A stretch of 18,318 nucleotides of DNA from Candidatus Heimdallarchaeota archaeon (GCA_048881705.1 JBHLSH010000076.1:1-18318), one strand, 5' to 3'; counted from the first letter of the stretch, positions 1 through 6,879 are shown. Translations and numbers: made by a program. Notes: generated by a model from the letters alone, not told the origin.

Positions 1-840
1 GTGTTTCTAGTCGTTGATGAGAATGCAAGACGGATTTTTATTTGGAAAGGGGAACAAGCACCAGTTCGTAGGAAATTCATCAGTGCCAAGGCCGCGCAAA
101 ACCTACGACAAGTGGAATACGGAATGGTTTATCGTATTGAATCACTGGATCCTGGGTTGGAGGGCCACGATTTCCTATCATTATTTGGGGAAAGTCCACC
201 GCAGCCAGAGGCAAAATCTCCTGTACCAGAAGAAACCTCTACCACGTCTCCTATTCCCGCCCCCATTGCGGCTCCCCATTCTGCTCCTTCGGTTCGACCG
301 AAACCTGCTCCATCATCCACCCCACGATCAGCAACAATTTCTCAACCGAAACCTGCTCCAATGGCTCGATCCAGTCCTGCTCCGACAACGCGTCCTAAAC
401 CTACGATTCAAACTGATGCAAAATCTGAGGTCAGAGCCAGCCCCGTTCCATCATCCCGTGCCAAGCCGACCCAAACCGAAGTCGAGGTAACACGGGTCGT
501 CAAGGCCGCACCTACCTCTATTGAGGATGTTACTGCTAAATTAAGAGACATTGAAGTACCTTCGAATATGGAAAGGGAGATTGTAATCATAGGGGACACC
601 GTCTATTCCGCAATAAAAGAGCACCTGAAACTCTTTGCGAAAGAGGTCGTTAAATTGGAGCCAATGGACGATCTACCCGCAGGGATTTTTCCTGCAGATC
701 AATACCAAGTTAGACTCTTCATGGAGAAAGGACGGGTACTTTTTATAGAAATGCTCAGACAAAAAACGCGATCAGAGCGTGACGAATTTATTGAAGACAT
801 GAGGGCTTCCCTCCAGGACCTTTCAAAGCTTGGACTCTGA
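1..840 (+). CDS. Gelsolin-like domain protein, Asgard 1DGelX-type (gelsolin domain + Pro/Ser/Thr linker + C-terminal X-like domain); probably 5'-truncated by the window edge
   Basis: N-terminus FLVVDENARRIFIWKGEQAPVRRKF...RIESLDPGLEGHDFLSLFG matches the gelsolin-repeat pattern (hhhD...hahW.G....E...F..hF). aa ~64-170 is low-complexity P/S/T/A/K. The C-terminal globular part (REIVIIGDTVY...YQVRLFMEKGRVLFIEML) resembles Asgard gelsolin-associated domains as I recall them. The ORF is open from base 1. Confidence 0.75.
   Translation: MFLVVDENARRIFIWKGEQAPVRRKFISAKAAQNLRQVEYGMVYRIESLDPGLEGHDFLSLFGESPPQPEAKSPVPEETSTTSPIPAPIAAPHSAPSVRPKPAPSSTPRSATISQPKPAPMARSSPAPTTRPKPTIQTDAKSEVRASPVPSSRAKPTQTEVEVTRVVKAAPTSIEDVTAKLRDIEVPSNMEREIVIIGDTVYSAIKEHLKLFAKEVVKLEPMDDLPAGIFPADQYQVRLFMEKGRVLFIEMLRQKTRSERDEFIEDMRASLQDLSKLGL
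297..360 (+). repeat. 16-nt exact direct repeat ACCGAAACCTGCTCCA (297-312 and 345-360) encoding PKPAP in the Pro-rich linker
   Basis: Read directly from the sequence; related RPKPT and RAKPT units follow in the protein. Confidence 0.9.
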
Positions 841-1396
841 TTACATTTTTTGGAAGTCTTTGATCGTGCAAGAAAACGAATATCTCCTTAAAATCTGTGC
901 TATCGGCTCAGGCAGCGTCGGTAAGACCTCGTTAATCCGCCGCTTTGCGGAAGGCAAGTTTGAAGCGAACTATCTTCCCACGCTCGGCGTGGACATCACT
1001 ACCAAGAAAATCCAGGTTGATAATAATTCAGTCAAGCTCATTCTCGTAGACACCGCGGGACAGGAGTTTTTTGGTAAGTTACGCCCCAGTTATTACCGTG
1101 GTGCTTCTGCTTGCCTCATCATGTTCGCCCTTGATGACAGAAAGACCTTTGATGCAATTCCTGATTGGCTCGCGGAATTCCGAAAGCATATTCCTGATCC
1201 TTCGATTCCTGTTGCTTTAGCTGGCAATAAAAAAGATCTTCCAGATCGTAAAATCTCCATGGAAGACGCTGTTGAGGTTGCAAAAACTCACGAAATGGTC
1301 TATTATGAAACGTCGGCAAAGGAAGGAGGGGAAGAGATTGACAAGATCTTTATCGGCCTAACACAGGCTATCTTGTCCAGAAAAAAGACTGGATGA
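830..1396 (+). CDS. Rab-like small GTPase (Ras superfamily); start either TTG 830 or in-frame GTG 866
   Basis: G1 GSGSVGKTS, G2 YLPTLGVDI, G3 DTAGQE, G4 NKKD, G5 ETSAK; Rab-type YYRGA motif; no C-terminal Cys. Confidence 0.93.
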   Translation: MDSDYIFWKSLIVQENEYLLKICAIGSGSVGKTSLIRRFAEGKFEANYLPTLGVDITTKKIQVDNNSVKLILVDTAGQEFFGKLRPSYYRGASACLIMFALDDRKTFDAIPDWLAEFRKHIPDPSIPVALAGNKKDLPDRKISMEDAVEVAKTHEMVYYETSAKEGGEEIDKIFIGLTQAILSRKKTG

Positions 1397-1417
1397 CCCT
1401 TAATAACGTATCTCAAA

Positions 1418-1456
1418 CCCGAATTTACACCCATAGCCCATCCATAGCCCCGAATT
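1418..1456 (+). repeat. Nested short direct repeats in the Rab/MglA intergenic region: CCCGAATT (1418-1425, 1449-1456) and CCATAGCCC (1431-1439, 1442-1450)
   Basis: Read directly; lies just upstream of the SD-like AGGAGA (1457-1462). Confidence 0.8.
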
Positions 1457-1474
1457 AGGAGAATAGATTTACTT

Positions 1475-2227
1475 ATGCAGGTAAAAACTGAGTTTGAAGT
1501 CGTTAAGAGAGACCATCAAGGTGTACCAACGGTCAAGATCGTTTTCTGGGGTCCTACTCTTGCAGGAAAGACGACAGCACTGACAATCACTAAGGTATTA
1601 AAAAGTCTTGAAGACCCAGAGAACGTTTATAAGTTCTTAAAGTTGGAGGATCCAACAGGACGAACCTTATTCTTTGACCAAGCGATCTTTGGACTTGGTC
1701 GAACCACTGCAGGGCTCCCCATCATAAAGTACCACCTCTTCACCGTTCCGGGACAAGAAAGACATTCAGGGCAACGTAAGGTTGTGTTACGAGGAGCGCA
1801 TGGTCTTGTTGTCGTCATCGACTCGGAAAAATCACGATGGGAAGAGAACAAGCATGCACTGAAAGAGATCAATGATTTAGCAGGAGACAAAATTTCCAAT
1901 GGAGTCCTCCCTTTTCAGCTGCTTTTAAACAAGATGGATTTACCGAGAGAGCAACGAATTTCTGCATTAGAAGTGGGAAAATTGCTAAGTGAATCAGGCG
2001 TGGCGGCAAATCTTCGTGACGCGGCAGCTAGAATGGTTGAAGTTTCTTGTCTTGAAGCTCGTGATGATCTAAAAGTTCTTCTCTCCACAGGAGATCGTAG
2101 CAAGATTGTTGATGCGGATGGTAAATTGAAAAAGGAATATAGACCAGCAAGTGTTTCTCGGGTAATCAAACCTGTTGAAAGCCTCATTCGGGATATCATT
2201 GTCTTAATGATGAAACAACAGGCTTAG
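1475..2227 (+). CDS. mglA: MglA-family small GTPase
   Basis: VKIVFWGPTLAGKTT (P-loop), RTLFFD (MglA intrinsic Arg-finger motif), LFTVPGQ (replaces DxxGQ, diagnostic for MglA), RKVVLRGAHGLVVVIDS, LNKMDLP (G4). SD AGGAGA upstream. Confidence 0.85.
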   Translation: MQVKTEFEVVKRDHQGVPTVKIVFWGPTLAGKTTALTITKVLKSLEDPENVYKFLKLEDPTGRTLFFDQAIFGLGRTTAGLPIIKYHLFTVPGQERHSGQRKVVLRGAHGLVVVIDSEKSRWEENKHALKEINDLAGDKISNGVLPFQLLLNKMDLPREQRISALEVGKLLSESGVAANLRDAAARMVEVSCLEARDDLKVLLSTGDRSKIVDADGKLKKEYRPASVSRVIKPVESLIRDIIVLMMKQQA

Positions 2228-2275
2228 CTGCGATTCGCTACAACTAATTCCCAGTTTGTTAGGTGAAAGCTGCTT

Positions 2276-2941
2276 TTGGCATTGGGAAAGTTTCCCATAA
2301 GAATTGCAATAACCAATCCGCAGATTGTACCTTTGGCATCCGAGACCTTAGGGAATGGAGTAATTGGAGTCTTTCCAACGGATACTTGCTATGGTCTGGG
2401 CTGCTGCGGTCTAAAGTGGAATAGTGATAATATATACCGTATATTCCGGCTTAAAGAGCGTCCGTTGGATTTACCTCTAAGTCTTCTGATTTCGAAAGAC
2501 ATGATCCCGAAATATATCGTTGCAACCCCCCAATTCTATTCTTTCTTACATGAAATTTGGCAACTCTCCGAACCGAGTCCCACTCTTATTTTAAAATGTC
2601 GAAAGGGAGCGGTTTCTCCCCTTCTCAATGCTAAAGATCCCCTCAAGATCGCTTTTCGTGTTCCATCTTATGAACTTCTTGTAAAAATCATCCAGAAGGC
2701 AGGATGTCCTATCATTGGAACCTCCGCAAATAAAACAGGCGCGCCAGTAAATTATAGCCTTGAAGGTGTGTACCAGGATTTTTTACCTAAAGACATCCCG
2801 TTAACGATTGATGCGGGACACCTTCCTCCGAACAAACCCTCGACCATCATAGATCTTAGTAATCTCACCAATCCCGTGGTGATTCGTCGTGGTGGATTTG
2901 ATCCTCAAAGGGTATTCGAGAGGCTCTCTGAAATTTATTAA
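2276..2941 (+). CDS. tsaC: L-threonylcarbamoyladenylate synthase, short TsaC/YrdC form (no Sua5 C-terminal domain)
   Basis: FPTDTCYGLG, KERP..LPL, GTSANKTG, PSTIID, RRG motifs; 221 aa; SD AGGTGA (2261-2266) 9 nt before the TTG start. Confidence 0.93.
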   Translation: MALGKFPIRIAITNPQIVPLASETLGNGVIGVFPTDTCYGLGCCGLKWNSDNIYRIFRLKERPLDLPLSLLISKDMIPKYIVATPQFYSFLHEIWQLSEPSPTLILKCRKGAVSPLLNAKDPLKIAFRVPSYELLVKIIQKAGCPIIGTSANKTGAPVNYSLEGVYQDFLPKDIPLTIDAGHLPPNKPSTIIDLSNLTNPVVIRRGGFDPQRVFERLSEIY

Positions 2942-2969
2942 AGATATTGCCAACCTCTTGCAGAGCCAT

Positions 2970-3036
2970 GAGTGATGAGGTGCAATTAATACCTGAAACT
3001 TATTAAGGATAATGATGAATGATATAGAGTGATGAG
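2970..3036 (+). repeat. 10-nt direct repeat GAGTGATGAG (2970-2979, 3027-3036); three RTGATGA motifs (2972-2978, 3012-3018, 3029-3035) and one CTGA (2993-2996)
   Basis: Read directly; function unresolved (C/D-box-like RNA or operator, see findings). Confidence 0.75.
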
Positions 3037-3038
3037 TT

Positions 3039-3050
3039 GTATATATTAAG
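3039..3050 (+). promoter_or_regulatory. Putative archaeal TATA box upstream of the 626-aa gene
   Basis: TATATATTAA about 30-40 nt upstream of the start; SD-like GGAGTGA at 3077-3083. Confidence 0.45.
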
Positions 3051-3079
3051 TAAATGGGATTCTTTGTAAATAACGCGGA

Positions 3080-4960
3080 GTGACTTTCTTGAAAAATGTG
3101 GAGAAAACTGTTTCTGCCCCGAATTTTAACGACATTCTAGTGATCCACCAAGGTGGTGGCTCGCCGCGCATCATATTCAGTTCTGGGGATGGGCAATTAA
3201 CTCAGAACTCGAAAATAAGTGCCCAAGTAACTCAGGTCCTCGATTTATTTTCACAGAGAATTGCAGAAGGAGAACAGGTACATTTTATCCGATTCTCTAA
3301 CCATCGTATGATTTTTTTATTCTCACAGGATAAGAGTCTTGTAGCAACTGTTCTTATTCCCATCGATCGCAGTGCACGTCAAATTATCCCCCTTATGAAC
3401 ATTATTTTACAAATGCTAACAGAATTTTTGTCCGGAGAGATTATTGATGCCCAAAATCGCCAACTAGACTGTTTTTTTCAGGTTTTTTCGGCTCCGCGGG
3501 ATGCTCATATCGTCATCCCTCGTACATCAGAAGGAATTCTAACCGCTCTCGTTATTCTAACCGCGGTTGCCCATGACCTGCAGTTTGGTATTCATCAAGT
3601 GGCCTCCAATATAGTATTCGTGGATCCTCAAGATCCTCGTGACGTGCTTGTAGCATCAGAACTGGCAAAAAAAAGCCGTATTATTTCGTTTCTACCACTT
3701 CCTAATGTGATGGAGAGTCCTAATGTACTTATTTTTGGATTAGAAGAACCACTTCGTCAATATTTCTCAGCTATATCAGGTGAATCCGCATATGATGCCG
3801 TAAGTCGAATCTTTGGTGAACAATCAAATGCTGCAAAGATGCATGCCTTCATTGCAAACGATGAGGCAAAAGAGATAGCCCAATCAATAACTGAACTTCC
3901 CAAATCTGAAGATGAATTCGTTAGAACGGATATACTCTTGACGACGGTGCTGCATCCAGGGCAGGACGTGTTGGTGACCTTATCATCCCCAGTGATGCAA
4001 AAAATGAGGGATTTGGCAAAGTCAGCTCCCCACGAAAAAACTGAAGTAACAGTTCCAGATCTTGAAGGTCTCACGGTCCAACCCTCTGAAACCGTGACTC
4101 AAAAACCCCCTAACACAGCTTCTACTCCAAAAACATTTTCAGATGCTTCCATCGAGCTGGCCGCCGAACCGGATGCAATTCCTACTGAGAATAATGTCTT
4201 GGCTACTCCCACGATAACTCCCATAACGCGTGCTACTTCGGTAGATCTCGATCCCGCAGTTATGGAGTTATTAGAAAAGGAGCGGTTTAGTGGTTTAGCG
4301 TACGAGTTTAAATCCCTTCCTGTAACTCTTGATACATCCCCTTCTAAAATTAATTTATCGAAGGCTCCCAACCTTCCCTTTGATAAAAATCAGGTTGTTA
4401 TTAGTACGTTTTCAGGAGATCAACGTTATTTTTCGATTCATCTTTATACGGCCATGGATCGCCTCCCCGCGCTAAAAGATTTGCTAGAAGATCTAACTGT
4501 TCGAGTGGGAGGAGAAGCTCGCTTGCAAGATGATTATGTTCTCATCGAAGGACCACTAGAAAAAGAAAGAGAAATTCTTCGTTCACTATTATGGTTAGGA
4601 ATTGTCGAGTACTTAACTCAGGTGCAGATGAATCTGCATCCCCTTCCGGAGATGTTCCAAATTCCCAAAAAAGGATCAATCCTAATAATTCCCCCTAGAC
4701 GAGAGTTTATCAGAGAAAAAATCCCGTCGAAATTTAAAACATTTGTCCGTGAAGTTGATCTTAGGAGACAATTCGAGCAGGAAGCCCTTTGGAGTCTAGC
4801 ATCCGCTCAGGATGAGATTTTATGGCGCTTACTCCAGCCACTAAAGAAAGGTGAAGGGGTAGTTTTTGTTTGTCGTGAGGACAATCAAGAAATAGAAGAA
4901 ATCGCGCTATTCTTACTATATGTGTCTGAAATTTGTGGAATAGGATTTTCTCGATGGTAG
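3080..4960 (+). CDS. Large multidomain hypothetical protein: N-terminal longin-like domain, alpha/beta core (possibly DENN-like), P/T/E-rich linker, unknown C-terminal alpha/beta region; true start may be TTG 3089
   Basis: 626-aa ORF. aa 17-118 shows beta-beta-alpha-beta-beta-beta-alpha longin-like periodicity (ILVIHQGG...RIIFS / ISAQVTQVLDLFSQRI / VHFIRFSNHRMIFLF...LVATVLI / RQIIPLMNIILQMLTEF). The CDS is secure; the domain calls are inference. Confidence 0.7.
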   Translation: MTFLKNVEKTVSAPNFNDILVIHQGGGSPRIIFSSGDGQLTQNSKISAQVTQVLDLFSQRIAEGEQVHFIRFSNHRMIFLFSQDKSLVATVLIPIDRSARQIIPLMNIILQMLTEFLSGEIIDAQNRQLDCFFQVFSAPRDAHIVIPRTSEGILTALVILTAVAHDLQFGIHQVASNIVFVDPQDPRDVLVASELAKKSRIISFLPLPNVMESPNVLIFGLEEPLRQYFSAISGESAYDAVSRIFGEQSNAAKMHAFIANDEAKEIAQSITELPKSEDEFVRTDILLTTVLHPGQDVLVTLSSPVMQKMRDLAKSAPHEKTEVTVPDLEGLTVQPSETVTQKPPNTASTPKTFSDASIELAAEPDAIPTENNVLATPTITPITRATSVDLDPAVMELLEKERFSGLAYEFKSLPVTLDTSPSKINLSKAPNLPFDKNQVVISTFSGDQRYFSIHLYTAMDRLPALKDLLEDLTVRVGGEARLQDDYVLIEGPLEKEREILRSLLWLGIVEYLTQVQMNLHPLPEMFQIPKKGSILIIPPRREFIREKIPSKFKTFVREVDLRRQFEQEALWSLASAQDEILWRLLQPLKKGEGVVFVCREDNQEIEEIALFLLYVSEICGIGFSRW

Positions 4961-4961
4961 A

Positions 4962-5225
4962 ATGTTCCGTACAAGCGTGCAAGAGACTAGAGAATCTTCT
5001 CCCAAAGACTGCTATTGTATCGGTCAGCTGAGGTCTCCCCGTTGCGATGATGCTGTTGCCGTCCGGAATAGTAGAAAAGCTGTGGCTGAAATCTTTGTGG
5101 AGAGTTCGGTCATTTCTTGCCCCGTAGGTATCCCTATATTTTTAAGGAAGAGGCCCGTCTTATTAACACACGGACGATATAAGGGATACTTACCCACAGA
5201 CACCATCCTGCAATCTGGTGACTAG
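4962..5225 (+). CDS. Possible 87-aa hypothetical protein (uncertain; overlaps a predicted RNA stem)
   Basis: ATG 1 nt after the upstream TAG and fills the gap, but has no recognisable family. Confidence 0.3.
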   Translation: MFRTSVQETRESSPKDCYCIGQLRSPRCDDAVAVRNSRKAVAEIFVESSVISCPVGIPIFLRKRPVLLTHGRYKGYLPTDTILQSGD

Positions 5226-5267
5226 GATACCCTTTATGGCAGCCATGATACATCGGAGAGTCCATTA

Positions 5268-6161
5268 ATGGCAAGAATTTGGGATATAGGCCGGCAAAAA
5301 TCTCGAATACGAGCTATTTCCCCTGTTATAGCGACTGTTTTGATGATAGGATTGGTTGTGGTCGCAGGCCTAGGAGTCGCATTGGTAATATTTGGAACAG
5401 TAGCTACGCCAACTCCAATAAACGTGGATGTTATTGGTATTTCCGAATTCGAATCAACTGACAATAATATACTTGTAGATAGATTTAGGGTGACTTTGCA
5501 GAATACAGAATCTTCTGTTGTATTGATACAGAGAGCTGATGCATTTGAAGTTCGCGATCGGAACTTCGGTATTATCCCAGGGTGGAGATTAAATTTAACT
5601 CAGGACCTAATTCCTCTAAGGCCATTGCAAATTCTCACCTTACCTATATCTTTAGATCGAAATATTCCCAGCGCGACCGAATTGATTCCAGAAAACGATA
5701 CTATCTATGTTCACGTCACAGTCTACCCAGAAGGGAGTAAATTCATCGCTCAAGAGGCCTTAATCTTTCAATCGGATCTTTTGGCGGTAGGAGATACGTT
5801 AGGCCCCGTTTATCTTTCAGCACAAACCCCATCAACGGAATTTGATACCAATGGCATTAATTTGCTGATGAATATTGTAAACAATGGAAGTACCAACCTA
5901 AATCTATTGTTAGAAATCACTTCGGATTCTCCTAGTCACATTTTTTTCACAATCGATAGTACAAATTCGAGTCAAGGCTCCCTTCCTGTCACACTACAGA
6001 AGTACCAAAGCACCTCGTTGTCAGGGGTAACCATCAAGGTCAATGCAGACCCTGCTCGCGCTGTTCCAAGTGCATTATATCAAATATTCATCACTCTAAA
6101 AGATCAGAACAGTCCCAAGTCCTGGGATATCGTGAGGATATATCTGACCTACCAGCCTTGA
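5268..6161 (+). CDS. Archaeal type IV pilin/archaellin-like protein with class III signal peptide
   Basis: Basic N-terminus ...KSRIRA followed by ISPVIATVLMIGLVVVAGLGVALVIFG (typical archaeal Pilin_N motif, predicted PibD/FlaK cleavage after A16); beta-rich exported region; SD GGAG 9 nt upstream. Confidence 0.85.
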   Translation: MARIWDIGRQKSRIRAISPVIATVLMIGLVVVAGLGVALVIFGTVATPTPINVDVIGISEFESTDNNILVDRFRVTLQNTESSVVLIQRADAFEVRDRNFGIIPGWRLNLTQDLIPLRPLQILTLPISLDRNIPSATELIPENDTIYVHVTVYPEGSKFIAQEALIFQSDLLAVGDTLGPVYLSAQTPSTEFDTNGINLLMNIVNNGSTNLNLLLEITSDSPSHIFFTIDSTNSSQGSLPVTLQKYQSTSLSGVTIKVNADPARAVPSALYQIFITLKDQNSPKSWDIVRIYLTYQP

Positions 6162-6169
6162 TAGAAGGG

Positions 6170-6210
6170 CTTATCTTTTCATAGACCTTTAATTTTATCT
6201 TTTATTTTTG
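6170..6210. terminator. Oligo-T-rich stretch between the convergent pilin and Dph6-family genes
   Basis: CTTATCTTTTCATAGACCTTTTAATTTTATCTTTTATTTTTG; oligo-T runs are typical archaeal terminators. Confidence 0.4.
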
Positions 6211-6879
6211 CTCAGTTTCCACTCTCAGAATTTCCAAATACCCCTCCTCCCGATATCGATCCCAATGAACGATGGAATCTTTGATCAAAATACGTGCTGG
6301 AAAGAACGGGGCATCCAATACAAAAGATTCGTAGGACCCTCCCTCTCCTGTAATGGCGATTTCGTTTCCATAAGCAGTGTTTTTCAATCTGTCAAGGATC
6401 TTAGAGGTTAATTTTGCCCCTAATAAATCCTTTTCCAGCCCCATACCCGCTATGGCGGTAAGAATAATATGGAAATTATGATCAAGCAATTCCAACATTA
6501 ATTGCTGAGGTGCCAATCGCCATAAGGGATTAAAGCATCGCATCCCAGCCCGGTGTGCAGAAAGATTGAACTTGTATCTCTGAAACTCTGATCGGATTCC
6601 CCCGGTAATCACTGCTTCTGCCTTTGCTTTAATCAAGGCATTCGTAAGGCCTTGAATCTCTTCTTCTACATCACAACTATCTATCCATGCGAATTGGTGA
6701 GGAATATCAAGCATTTCTGCGATCAGTTGAACATGTTGACAGTTAGGGAGGTGGAAGAGCTGACTCTCATCGCAGGACGATCTTATGGTTATGATCGAGG
6801 TCACTTCAAACTGGAGGAGCGCCAAACCTAGCGCAAAAATGGAATCCTTCCCTCCCGAGACGAGACAGGTAACCTGCAT
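6202..6879 (-). CDS. dph6: Diphthine--ammonia ligase family PP-loop ATP pyrophosphatase (Dph6/MJ0570-like); ORF track extends it to 6942
   Basis: MQVTCLVSGGKDS (PP-loop) from ATG 6879; LFHLPN, TGGIRSEFQ, FNPLW, GEGGSYESFVLDAPFF. Confidence 0.85.
   Translation of the reverse strand: MQVTCLVSGGKDSIFALGLALLQFEVTSIITIRSSCDESQLFHLPNCQHVQLIAEMLDIPHQFAWIDSCDVEEEIQGLTNALIKAKAEAVITGGIRSEFQRYKFNLSAHRAGMRCFNPLWRLAPQQLMLELLDHNFHIILTAIAGMGLEKDLLGAKLTSKILDRLKNTAYGNEIAITGEGGSYESFVLDAPFFPARILIKDSIVHWDRYREEGYLEILRVETEQK

Noticed and set aside
14-599. Alternative-frame ORFs (14..490 +, 129..320 -, 408..599 -)
   Set aside because: They are shadows of the low-complexity gelsolin linker with no motifs. The same applies to the many short antisense or out-of-frame ORFs nested in the other well-supported genes.
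5160-5235. Minus-strand resemblance to an SRP RNA Alu domain (hairpin, UGUGG, short hairpin)
   Set aside because: No helix-8 motif (CAGG...GNRA...GCAG) or helix 6 is found downstream, and a stronger long-range stem competes. No RNase P P4 signature is present either.
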